Assembly: GCF_037042905.1 (NCBI RefSeq)
Contig: NC_087247.1
Span: forward strand, 5,394,001 to 5,458,000
DNA: 64,000 bases
Reading direction: 5' to 3'
DNA from: Lytechinus pictus
Taxonomy: Eukaryota
Below the pieces are notes generated by a model. It was not told the DNA's origin and searched no databases. It was given only the letters and a program-made list of their open reading frames with translations. Position 1 is the stretch's first letter, and the number at the start of each line of letters is the position of its first letter. The position numbers and the translations under genes were made by a program. Below are positions 1 through 13,001 of this stretch, piece by piece.

Positions 1-25
1 TATGTCTGTCCATTCAAGGCGTAGT

Positions 26-50
26 ATGTGTGTGGTGCGCGCACACACGG

Positions 51-81
<31 letters not shown>

Positions 82-96
82 CGCGCTTGTGTGTGT
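26..96. repeat. (TG)n/(CG)n microsatellite
   Basis: Directly visible dinucleotide run. Confidence 0.9.
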
Positions 97-99
97 TAT

Positions 100-300
100 T
101 TTACCTCATTAAGTATGCATCAGATTGCACGATTTCAAGTTCAAAATTGCAAAAGCTCCCTACCGTGGGAGGGGGGACACCCCCCTCCCACACCCTCCCC
201 CCGCTCGGTCGCTTCGCTCCCTCGCTCGGGCGCTTCGCGCCCTCACTACCGTTGGCAGCCCAGTCATCCCCCCCAGGTGTACGTACCTGTCTACGCCACT
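100..300. mobile_element. Fragment of GC-rich non-autonomous interspersed repeat
   Basis: GC-rich hairpins (GGGAGGGGGGACAC/CCCCTCCC; GGGCGCTTCGCGCCC) ending CTACGCCACT in an AT-rich background. Confidence 0.5.
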
Positions 301-2409
301 TAATGCAATATCATATGAACGTGTATTATCAGTCACTCCGTGGTCTGGCGAATATGACTCGAATCTTTCAGTTTAAAGTCTCTGGGTTAGCATCCCAGAC
401 AAATTGTACGTTCCTTCAGCCAGATATATCCGTACTGCATGTACTGCCCTCAGCCAAGGTTGGGGGCATTGGTACCTGACAAGGTGAATTCATTAAAGCA
501 GATATGAACCAATAGCGCCATCTCGAGTCCTTAACTACTCATACCTGGCCAGTTTCCTGACCCATAATGCTAATGTAATATAGTAAAAAAAGACCCACTT
601 GAATGATAACATGTTTTTTAACTACTCCATACATTTATACCACAATATTTATGTTACCAAGTAGCAAAACAATTACTTTTCCTCTAAAAACATTTTAGTT
701 TCTCAATACAAATACAATTATAAGTCAGTTTATTCTCTGTAGTTATCAGTAAATATCTGAAACGTATATTTTAAGACTATGTATTTATAATAGACAGTCC
801 ATGATATACCACACACAGCTCACTCCCCCTTTAACTTTTCAAAGCGCTTGAGCTAAAGCAACTGTTGCCCTTGACAGGCATACGCGCATCCAGTAATATA
901 ACTTACGCTATTAGTAGTGTTTTTAATATCGTTATTTCCGATGCTCCTCACCTCCAGAATTGAATTGATGCTCTCTTTATTTCAAATCACACTTATATCT
1001 CCAGGGGCGGCGACTTAGTAAAGGAAAGGGCAAACAGGCCTATTAAGTTGACTTCTTTCTTTACTTCTGTCAGTCGAGTATTAACAGAGGTGCATGACCC
1101 AGTACAATCTTTTTGATACTCTATTCTCTTCCTTTTAAAAAAATAACTTCGTCTTACTTTTCCCCTACTCTGCTTTTCCTTTTTTGAAAAATCATGAAGG
1201 TTTTGGGCGCCCCTGCCCCTGTATCGCCCCCTTTTTTGTCGAATGATTACATTAATTTGCAGCGGAAGTAATCCGAGTGGGGGCGGGGGACGCACAACTA
1301 TTGTCATGGATGCTAACAATACAATATTCCATGTCGTCTTATGTACACTGAAATAGTCAGCATCGACATTAATAATTAGAAGGTTAATTACAGCAGAACC
1401 TCTGTTCGGTTGATCAAATCAGGGACCTATTGTTGACGGGTATTCGTTGTTGCGTTTAATAAATTAATTGTGATTGTCTGCTTCAATGTCGTCTCAGTAA
1501 TATTAAAGTAGACACCCAAACGATTGAAAGTATTTTATAATAATATATTTCCCCCTCATTTTAAAGGGGAAGTACTATTCATCAGTATCGGTCGCACAGA
1601 AATGCTGTTAGCTTAACATTGCGCTAACACAGCGCTAACAAAGGGCCCTGTTACAACCGGTAATCTCGCCGCGATGGCTAATGTCAAAGCATGGAGCTAT
1701 TAATGCATTATTTACATCACAATCTGTATATCATTTTTCTTTAACAAATCAGCTACTAACAACATGGGTAGAATGATCGCACAGAAGGCGCAGAAAGCAC
1801 TGTTAGGGCGCCGTTGGGCGCGTGAGTGTTGTTTGGGGATTTGAGTCAGGCAAAATCTATAATTTGTGCGTAGTGATCTAGATTTAACTTAAGATTTAGT
1901 TATGATTATTTGCACATCCTACAAGTTTAAAATCTTGTCTAGGAAAGGGTAAAGGAATGTAATTCATTATTATATAGGCCTACAAAAATTTCCTTATTAT
2001 TACATTTTACACATGAAATGACAGCAAGTAGTAAATATATATTTACTAATTTCATTAAAAAAATATATCGAATTAGCTTTAAGAAGATCAAGAAAATTAG
2101 CCTCTCATGATATTACGATGGAGATTCTGTATACCAAAAGAAAATGCAATCCCACTTTTCATCAGTTTATTTCGTTTGAAAATGCTCTTAACAGACTTCA
2201 CTCATCATGCTCATGATAGAGTATTTGCCAATGATGATTATCATGCGATGAATTTCATCAGCTATTGTTCTTCTTTCTAATGTAGGGTCTATTCTTAAAA
2301 ATGTCTTCAAAGACTTTAAATAAATGATATATCTTGGAAGAAAAAAATCTTGATGAAAAGGATCATATCTTTGGCACTAATCAACATCCCCCGCTATACC
2401 CATTCTTAA

Positions 2410-3059
2410 AGGGGTACTCCAGGCTGAAGAAACTAAGACGGTTTGAACAGTAAAGTGAGAGAAACAAAACACTGACAAATCAATAAAAATTGAAAATGAA
2501 TACAATATATTATGCAGGGGCCGCGGAACGGTTTTCAGAGTGGGGGGGGGGGTGGGCTGACCATGCTAAAAATCACAATCATATGGTCATTTTTACATTT
2601 TTGTACATTTTTGTACACGGTCCCTGTTATCTTAAAATCTTGCATTAGGCCCTACTTCGGTGAAATTTATATTCATGTCTTCAGGAATATGCAATGAGGG
2701 TCTGTTGTATCATACAAAATTAGGTTTATTTAAATTTTGTCGACCCAGAATATTGCTTCAAAGATCATCATTTTGTTACTCGGGTGACATACACACATTC
2801 GAGACAATTACGAGTTCATTTCAATAAAATCAGAAAAAAGGGGACAGAGCTAGAGGATATGGCATCATCGTTCCATTTATTGCATATTCATGGCCACATG
2901 CTGCTCAGTAATATCAATTGCAAAATATATACAGTGTAAAATTTTTATTATTCAAGAATTTTGTTATTTATATCAGATTTTGATGACATTTTCAGCAATT
3001 TGCTCATCTAAGTTTACTCCATTTATTCATATATTGTTGTGAGGGCCCAGAATACCCCT
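2410..3059. mobile_element. Kolobok-like MITE
   Basis: TTAA|AGGGGTACTCC ... GAATACCCCT|TTAA: TIRs with TTAA TSD. Contains a partial copy (2515-2620) of the element at 47176. Confidence 0.7.
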
Positions 3060-4026
3060 TTAATTTGGTCGAGGTCTATTTTAAATTACTTGCTTAATAT
3101 ATTTGCAATCCATATTTCTGCCTTCATCTGTCCTCCGTCAACATGGTCAAGCTAAAATATTAGTGACGTCACATCCCGTACACAGCTGGCTGCAGCTAAT
3201 ATACATGGCATGTACTTTGCACATATTCGTGTCTGTATGAAGGAGTTTTGAAACTTTCAATTTTGTTTGTTTGTCTGATTTGATGTTAAAATGACACAAT
3301 TTTCAGCCTGGGGTACACCTTCAAAGGGGAAGTTCAGCCTGAAGAAAAGTTTTTTGAAAAAATAATAACAAATATTGGCGAAGGTTTGAGGAAAATCCGT
3401 TAAAGGTTAAGAAAGTTAATTGAATTTTTTTTATTTTTTTATTTGTGACGTAATAAACGAGCAGCTGCCCCATATGTTATGTAATATAAAATGCATGAAT
3501 TTCACGCTTTCAATGCTTCCTGGTGATAAACTTTAAGATTCAATAACTTCATTATTTATTATCCGATTTAAATATTTACAGCCCGGAGCGTCTCTTTAAG
3601 AAGTAGTGGTGATAAATTAATATTATTATTATTTCATTACTTAAGAAACGAATCATCTACCTAGCTCTTTATTTATGAATTCACCCTTTCTTTCACTAAT
3701 TCATTCATTTATTCATTCATTCATTCATTTGTATTCATTCATTCATTTTGATTCATTCATTCATTTAACATATCATTCAAGCATTCACGCATAGCATATT
3801 TTGGAAAATAAGAGAAACATAACAGTGTGTTTGTCAAAATTTGTAAAGGTGTACGAACTCTCTGATTATTACTTCTGCGAGGTATTAGCAATGACGCATG
3901 TTTCTTTAACTAGACATGCTATAACAAATATGTAAGTTTATTTTTCGGGTCAATGATAATGTAATCATATTTCTATGCAAAAACGGGTCTCGTTCTTACC
4001 CAAACATCACAAAGCCTTGCATTCAG

Positions 4027-4298
4027 GGTTCCGTCTTACAAAGAGTTGCGATTGATCCGATCAACCACAACTATGGAAAGCCAGCAACATTAACATGTAA
4101 AATGCATGTTTGTTCAAAATATGTGGAAGATCTGATGGATATTCATGCACTAATTGTTTTCTTGAAAATTCAGTGTGCTTCTCTTTGCTTACAAAGGACA
4201 TTGTGCACACTTCGTGTAGAATGAAAATTATGACATTATGGATTTCCCATATTATAGAGGTTGATCGGATCAATCATAACTCTTTGTAAGACGGGGCC
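4027..4298. mobile_element. PIF/Harbinger-like MITE
   Basis: About 38-bp TIRs (CCGTCTTACAAAGAGTT..GATTGATCCGATCAACC) flanked by CAG/CTG. Confidence 0.75.
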
Positions 4299-5035
4299 CT
4301 GTTTTATCACACCCAAAACACAACCAAAATAAACTGACTTAAAAATACACTAGAAAATGCAAACTTTCAATTCATTGTATACAATGAAAATAATTTATTT
4401 ACATGTATATATTCAACTGGCACCACAAAGCACTCCTAAGTAGAATTGGATTGAGACTGTCCATCCTCTATAATCCGAAATCTTCCTTCGTTGTATATAA
4501 TGCCAGATACATTATTCATTTAATTAATTGACACCACCAATACCAATAAGTTATATAAGAAATGACAAGGACATTTTTCATTGATTGTATATATATATAA
4601 TGGAAATGCTTTATTTGTATGTTTTTTATCAATTAGCACCCTAAAGAATTTTTGAAACGAAGTGTTATTAAAGCTCTCCAGCCACTCTAAATAATTAAAT
4701 AAAATTATATTAAGACCTCTATGCATTGTATATTATGCTTTTTATTTATTTAAGGCCGAAGCACCTTCTAAACAAAATTATCTTACAAATGCCCAACCAA
4801 TCTATATAATAACATATATTATGTCTCCATTCATTGTATATTTAATTAATTTGCACCCCAAAACAACTTCTGAAATTAAATAACTTGACCAACAGATAAG
4901 TTCGCCTTTCACTATATATAAAAAAAATGCTTTAATTACTAGGCATATCAATGTTGTATTGTATTTGTGTTACAGGCGTATCCCGCCACAAGATTTGCTT
5001 TTGGGGAATTAGGCCTTCTTCTGTTAACAATTCTT

Positions 5036-5074
<39 letters not shown>

Positions 5075-5187
5075 ACTATATAATTACTATTTTATGACAA
5101 ATAATTTGTATGATTATATCGAACAAAGATATTTTGTATACATGGAAGAAAATGAATGTTTATTTCAATTGAAAAATATAAGCATTG

Positions 5188-5233
<46 letters not shown>

Positions 5234-5582
5234 AAGATTTTGGAGATTCGTTCAATAAAATTGATCATTAATGGCGGATAATTATGTCATTTTATAGAAA
5301 TTGCTCTTAGATCTATTATCAGAGAACAAAAGAAAAAGAAAACTACTAAAAACCTGTACCTCAATTCATACGTTAAACCTCAAAATTAGAAGAGTTTTTT
5401 TTTTCAATGAACGTTATCTTCACCTACGGTTTAAATAGAGACAGAAATAAATATATTATTTACAAACTAAAATAACAAACAAACAAACAAACGATTAAGC
5501 AAAAACAAACACAATATGGATGGGTCCATGAATTATTTCAAGTAGGCAACTCGTCGGCCATGATGGTGGATATAAGTCGATA

Positions 5583-8500
5583 TCAAGCGAAAGCGCCCAG
5601 TGTCAGATCATCTGTAGAAAAAATAAGCGAAGTATAAGAAATACAGAAGTGATTAATTCGATAAGTAAGCATACCAATTCCACAAGCTACTTCGTTGAAA
5701 TGTTTTGGTTATTTTGGTAAAATCATCACGGAAAACTAAAGCATCAAACATCATTTCCTATTTAAACGTTAACTGCTTTATTTCAAATTAAGAGTGCACA
5801 TACATTTACTGTTCACCTTGGTTTAAAGCTCTCTTAACAAATGCCAGAAGCTTTACGCATTCGTGCATGATTGAAGTCACATCATATACATAATAATAAT
5901 ATATAGCATTTATGAGGCGCCGATTATCTAGTTGCCTATTCGAGAGCACGCTAGATATTACTCTGGCTATAGCTCCAGCTGCTCCAGGCGCTTGGTGCAT
6001 TCAAGGAATAAATCCTGCCGGGTACCCATTCACCTTAACTGGGTTGAGTGCAGCACAACGTGGGTAAATTTCTCGCTGAAGGAAAGCACGCCATGGCTAC
6101 GAATCGAACCCACGTCCATCTGATTGAAAGTCAAGAGTCCTCTTACAGCTCGTACATACAGCTCGTACATGCAATGAATGCCGACAGAATGTAGAGTGGC
6201 CCGTTCTCTTTTTTCTGATGGAGGCCTATACCCCCGTAGTTTTGTTAATTATTGGTGTTCCTTTCAGAATAGCAGGTCAGACTACTTAAGCATTTCCTTA
6301 CGCGACGCTCTTATGAAACATACGTTTGAGTGTACTACTCACCATTGTCGTACTGGGTGCATCGTCCGGCGGCGTCACGATGTATGCACCCAGAAGCCCT
6401 TTGCACACCGCTAGTACCATGGTGAATGCAACGTCCAGTAGCATCTAGCTGGGTACAGCCACCTGTTGGGGCATATTGGATACAACGTCCACTGGCATCC
6501 TGGGTGGTACATCCGACAGCCGGAACCTGTTGAACACAACGTCCGTTGGCATCGCGTTGGGTGCAACCACCAGTTGGTGTATGCTGGACACAACGTCCAC
6601 TGGCATCGCGTTGGGTACATCCACCTGTTGGAGCATTTTGAACACAACGTCCACTGGCATCGCGTTGGGTGCAACCACCAGTTGGGGCATGTTGGACACA
6701 ACGGCCACTAGCATCACGTCTAGGGCACGTTCCCCCATCGGTCGGGAACACGCCTGGGGCACGCGGATATGCAGGAGCAGCGGGTGCATATGGAGAGCCT
6801 TGATGATAAGAGTCATCTCCGTAACCTGGATAAGATGGAGCATAAGGTCCAGTCGGTGGAGCATATGGAGACTGTGGGGCATGAGGAGCGTGTGGGGTAT
6901 TTGGTACGTGAGGTGCCTGAGGGGCATTTGGAACATGTGGAGTATGTGGGGCATGCGGCATTTGTGGAGCATGAGGAACTTCCGGGGCATATGGGGTCTG
7001 TGGCAGTTGTGGCGCATGCGGAGTGCGTGGCACACTCGGGGCCTGTGGTGCATGTGGAATTTGGGGGACCCGTGGTGCATTTGGCATTTGGGGGACCCGT
7101 GGTGCATTTGGCATTTGGGGGACCCGTGGGACACTTGGGGCAGATGGTGTGTATGGTGGCAGTTGGGGTGGTGGGGCACGTGGTGAACTTGGAGCTGGTG
7201 GAGCTGGTGCTCGAGGAAAAAGGGGAGGAGCTAAAACGGGGCTCCTTGGGGCAGGTGCACGTGGGCGTGATGGAATTGCTGCTCCTGGAAAGACTGGGAC
7301 ACCCGCAGAAGTCCCTGGTATTACGACACCAGTTGACGTACCACTCCCTGTGCTCCCATCTGTTCCGCCAGTAGCATCAACACCTACTTCTGTGCCATAT
7401 TCTTCCTCACTGCTGTCTTCATCACTACCGTATTCGTATTCTCCATCTGCTGCGTTTTCATATTCCGTAGTGGTAACATCTACATCCGAGATAGGTGCAT
7501 TGGCGGGGGCAACAGGCTGAACAACAGAAACTCCATCCGTTCCATCTGTGCCATCAGTTCCGTCAGTAGTATCAACGCCGGTACCCTCATATTCGTACTC
7601 TTCGCTGCTGCCACTATCGCTGTAACCACCATTTGCAGAGTTACTCAGATCGTATTCAGTAACTGTTACCTCAACATCGGCGTTGACACCTGGTACAGGG
7701 GCATATGCAGGTCCTCCCGGGAGAGGAGCTCGTGGTGGCACAATGGGAGCTCTTGCCGGGGGTAGTGGAGCCTGTGGAAAAGGTGCACGTGGTACCACAG
7801 GAGGGCTTGGAGCGTATGGCTGTCTTGGCGAAAGTGGTACATTTGGAACTGGTGCTCTTGGTACTGCGGGAGCACTTGGATAATATGGCGCTCTTGGTAC
7901 AGGAGGACTCGGAGCACGAGGTACTTGGCGGAACGTTTTATCGCATGATCCTTTGTGTTGTACTGAGACTGAAACGCCCGATTTTACGGAATCGTCATCG
8001 AGATCACATTCATTGTGATACGTGTGTCCGTTTGAACCGCAGACCGCTCCAGATCTGCTGTCACATGAGTCCCTTCGAGCTATGCAGAAAAACAAGACAA
8101 TATTTGATTTGCATATGAGGTACTTGTATGCGGTAATAATCTATTAAACTAAATATAACATGCCGCATACTGCTGTCCTTTGCTTTCTCCTACTATTGAT
8201 AATAGTTTCATATAATTTAATTCAATAACCTTTTGAAAGTCCTTCTGGACAAAAGTCCTCATTTAAACGTAATCTTATTTTGTAAACATTCTATAAATAT
8301 TGTAGTTGATAATCATTTCCTTGCTCCTATTCCGTACAGCTCGTTCTATACTTTGTATCAAGATGATATCCTTCGGGTATGAAGGTGTGCTGAAGCTTTA
8401 GACATGTTAAATTTAAACGTGTAATTTGATTGTAATTGTTTTATTCTGATGTTTACTATTTGTAAACTGATGAATCACGCATGAAGTAAATAGATTAATA

Positions 8501-8889
8501 GATTGATGAAAACAAATTAAATAATAATTGATTGTAATACAAAAACAAATTACACCAAGTAGGGTATTAAACCTTTATGCTTATTCGGTGGTGATTTTGT
8601 CCGTTTTATTAAAATCCAATATAAACACCTTTCAGGCTAGGAAATTGACCAAAATATAAGGTTTTCTTCTTTAAGGTCTCTGATACACAATGACTACATT
8701 CTTTATTTGATATATTACAAATCCAGTTCATGCATACGTATTGTGTATAACCACCCCAGTTTTGAATAGGCATACTTCTAAAGGCCTCAGAAGTCAAATA
8801 TTTTCAATTTAAATCAACTTACTTCTTGGCATTGCCTGGGTTAGGAGAGCTAGTGACAGGAGACATATTGCTGACTTTATCAGCTTCAT
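5583..8889 (-). CDS. g1: secreted Pro/Ala-rich acidic matrix protein with N-terminal 4-Cys Kazal-like domain and 7 C-terminal C-x8-C repeats (~610 aa)
   Basis: Exons 8889-8823 (MKLIKSAICLLSLALLTQAMPR, signal peptide, donor GTAAGT), 8079-6343 (TRRDSCDSRSGAVCGSNGHTYHNECDL...HKGSC; PRAP blocks; SSEEYEY; acceptor ctgcatag, donor GTGAGT) and 5611-5583 (DDLTLGAFA*, acceptor tttctacag). All phase 1 and in frame. Confidence 0.88.
5890..6140 (-). mobile_element. tRNA-derived SINE in g1 last intron
   Basis: B-box GGTTCGATTC on the minus strand; core GTGCTGCACTCAACCCAG..GGTGAATGGGTACCCGGCAGGA shared with copies at 27215 and 58795; (TAT)n tail. Confidence 0.75.
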
Positions 8890-11800
8890 GTCGATCCAAG
8901 AATCTGTCGAATGAAAATCAATGTAAATTTTTTTGAAGTCACGTAAAACTTTGAAATATTATTAGGCATCAATACATACTACGACTGCACGTTCAAACAT
9001 ATCAAAGGCTCATATGAGTGTATCGTAATACACGATAGATAATATTAAAAACTATAAAAGCTTAATGAAATTAAATATCAGACAGTCAAATATTCTGTTT
9101 TCCTCTTCAAGAAAAATAAGAAAGAGGGGAGAATACATGGAAGAAGGGAGAGGAGAAAATAGAGAGAAAGGGAAATGAATACAATAAATGATTAGTCTAA
9201 TGATGAAAAAAAGAACAGTAAGAGATAACGAAATTACAAGAACATGGTAATATACATCATAGATGAATAAAAATAACTGGATATAAATCTACAACAGATA
9301 ACGATACGGTAATCAACGCGTCATGGTTGTAAATAATGCATGGATAGTATCTGATGTGATTTTTTTAATTAATATTTTAGATGAACTGATGAAACTCAAA
9401 TTTCTGAAATGTATTGACCGTTTCAATTTTCAGGATTGAAAGATTACAGGCGAGAATGGCAGTTATATTCAATGTAGCTTGATAAACACTAACCATTAAT
9501 TAAGACATACCTTTCTTTGAAATCCAATATAAACAGGGCACTACACACAGTTCCAAACTCGCAGAAAAGGTTCAACCAGTATCCTGAAAATGTGGAACCT
9601 TAAATTCCTGAGATGCGAAAGATCATGAATGATGCTTTCCTTCGAGAAGGCACATCATTTATAGTTACAAGCACCCAATTATAAATCTTTAAAAAAATAT
9701 GCAAAATCAGTATGAACGTCGCATCTATCTCAATATAATTCAAGAACAAAAACACTCGTGATTCGACGATAGGGTAACCCTGAATGGCTTTACCAGCGCC
9801 AATATTTCTGATGCTGTGATTAACTTTGTTTGGTTTATCTCTACTAGATAGAGACACCCTCTCCTAAATTGCTAAACTATTTCCTGTAAATCATGGTCAG
9901 TTTAATTTATATGATTCGTTTTCTTTATGTAATTTTCATAATGTTTACCCCCTCACCCGAGTGGCTTATACAGGTTGTCATTGGCCCCGATTGATCATGT
10001 TGATAGGCATCGACAAATTCACTGAACGAATTATTGAACAAGCCTGCAGAACGGATGGATGTATAAATCCCATTGAATAGGGGTTAAAACAAACAATGGT
10101 TATCTTTCAAGATTGTTAGAAGGAAGACTGTCTACTTTGAGCAGGATAATATCAGCGAAGACTCGCAATTTAGAAGTTCCTTTCACTTCTTAAAATTGTT
10201 GTTGTCTCAGAACTGTGTAGGGATGGAAGTTTACCAGAAGTTTATTGACTTCAATCAGTAGAAGTCGGATCCATGGTTGAACAAGTCTTGTCTGATAGAA
10301 TGTGGAGCTAATCCAATTTCAAAACACGACGCTAGGATATTTTGCTTGCATGATATTTTTTTTGCGAATTTGCAGTTTATAAACACAATCATAAATATAT
10401 GAGAAAGAATGAATAACTATAACACATGATCCTATTATTAATTTATATATATATATATACACATATATATTAGAATATTTTGTTAATGACATGAAAATGA
10501 ATTAATATGTGTACACGACGGTGTGTTATGGTGTGTGTGTGTGTTTATGGATGCATTCGGGGGGGGGGGTCGATATGTTTAAAACATTTAATCAACATGT
10601 ACTGGCAACAAAGCTTTTCCGTTATCTGATTTGTATGAACAGTAGCGAGGCCCTCTTTGATTTTATCCTTAAAGTCTATTTGTTGGTTTAAGCCTTTCGG
10701 ATTTACTGGGATAAATATCACGCTTCAAGGATTGAGCATTAATGCCAGAGATTCAGGGGCGCTGATTGATAAGCATGATATGCACGTACAAAATATCCTG
10801 TGAGAATTCTTAACGAAATATAGTATAAAATACGAATTATTGAATATGCTAAGTATTGATCAATAAAATTGTCTATTACTTGTAACGTCTCGGTGAAAGA
10901 AAGGAGAGAAAAAAAAGAGATTATGGAAAGGAGAGAGAATGAGGAATAGTCACCTCAGAGAGGGAGAGAGAGAGAAGGAGAAAGGGCGATAAAATGACAT
11001 CTTCAAAAGTCATGAATTATACAAAATGGCAAATGAGATAGAGATAGATAAATAAATGAATATAGATAGATAAAAACATCTAACAGTTACTCGTATTGGC
11101 TTCGATGAAAAACAAAATAATTCTAAAAGTTAATTTGTTTTGTTAATTGAGACTTTATTGTAGGAAAATGCTTAACTTAAATTTGAGAATAATCCTACAA
11201 TAAATACTTAATTGGCAAAAAAAAAACCAGTAACTTTCATAATTATTTTAGATAGATAGAGAAAAGTGTTAAGTAAAATCTAATTTATTTTAAAGAAAAA
11301 AACCCTGAAAAGTTGAAATTTTGTCCTTTTCATGGTGTCCCCATTTATTTCCGGCGTTTTATGTTCTTTCATTCCATTTTGCCTAATACTTGGCCGTAAA
11401 GATCATTATGCTTACGTGTGCCCTGTTGCACTACCATTGTGTTATAACGTTGTCATTAAGTCTAATTATGGTAATTTGATGAGAAATATGAATCTGATAG
11501 GCTGGCATTATTACCAAAGAAGTTAACATTGGGAGCAAACATACTAATAATCGCGAAGGTTTTATACAAATATGTCCAACTCACTTCTTAATTTTGCTTG
11601 CACCCCTCTCATGCATCGCTCTGTCATCGCACTTTCCTCTCTCTCTCTCTCTGCCCATATTTTCGTTTTTATTTTTTCTACCAATTACATTTCCACTCCA
11701 GAATGCTTATGATCCAACTTTACACAATATATTCATTGTGGTTTCGTAACCTCCTTATTCCTTCGAGCTCTTAACCTCTTTCACTGGCGTTTTGTTTTGA

Positions 11801-12131
11801 TAGAAGTGACAATAAACATAAAGACGAATAACCAAATGTAAAATGGCTTATAACTAAATATGGGATCATTGAAAACACGTATTTCCGTTTTGACGTATAT
11901 TCTGATTATTGTTATTCTAGTTTGTTTGTAGCATCCGGTCAACAATTTTGTTCTGGACTTTCCCTTAAACAATTAAACGACAATTTAAGTAGCGCACACT
12001 TTAATAGTCCATTTATAACAATTGAGACTTTAGAAAGGACAAAGTCAGTATGAATGAATTGTCAAAAATCGCGCCTGTTACTTCTCGACATTGGTTCATC
12101 CCTTAACTGTATAGTATCTAGCCTTAAAACA

Positions 12132-12335
12132 CACTGTAAAAACGTTGTTTAGACGTTTAAGCGCTTTGTTTAAGCCCGTCACTCAAGCAATATTTGTTTA
12201 AAGTATTAAACAAGCTATTAAAAAATTGAACAGGTTGTTTAAACAATATTTAGAAATAAATAATTGCTTGAAAATTTAAGCAACTTGTTGTTACAGTGAC
12301 AGGCTTAAACATTGTCCATTATTTGTTTTACTGTG
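12132..12335. mobile_element. CACTG-ended (EnSpm/CACTA-like) MITE
   Basis: CACTGTAAAAAC ... GTTTTACTGTG with CA/CA 2-bp TSD and internal TTTAAAC-like subrepeats. Confidence 0.65.
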
Positions 12336-13001
12336 CAAGATAAACATGACTCGTAACTCCATGGTTCAATTGAAAACGATAAGGAAGATTGCATTCAAGA
12401 ATAAATGGTATACAAGTCGATGGAAATCAAATTTGAACACATTTATTTCAAATCAAAGAAAATAAATAAAATATAATGAGGTAAAAACAGAAATTAACGT
12501 AAACTACATGTAAAACAAAAAGAAAAGAAAAATGAACAAGAAATTTCGAAATACATAGAAGGAAAGAAAATAAATCCTTTAATGCTAGATGAAACTGATT
12601 TTGATTTCATATTTGAACACTTTTCTTAGTGTCAATATTATTCATAATGCAACAGAGCTATCTAAACAAAAAAAAATACTGTATGTCTATGGCAAATAAA
12701 TATATATTTCCCTGTTTGAATTCAAAAATTCCTTTTTTATAAAGATAATTTTAGTTTATTAAAGCCCTTTAATATCAAACATTTGATTTTAGACATCGTG
12801 TTTTCCCCTGTTTTTTGTGTGTGTTTGGTGAATAGACCAAAAAGGCTCCAATTCAATTTTTGTAATTATTTCTCAATCCCATTACCTTATGCATGATGAT
12901 ATTAAACTAATTCATATGAATTAATCCACACATAACTTAATACTTGTAAAATAAACAACTGCAACACCAAGGACACTTTGAGGCCAATATTTATAAAAGT
13001 T

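Noticed and set aside
28-479. ORFs at the window start
   Set aside because: Derived from the (TG)n microsatellite and a GC-rich repeat.
6090-6140. tRNA gene
   Set aside because: Only a B-box-containing SINE head; no complete cloverleaf, and the body is repeated elsewhere in the window.
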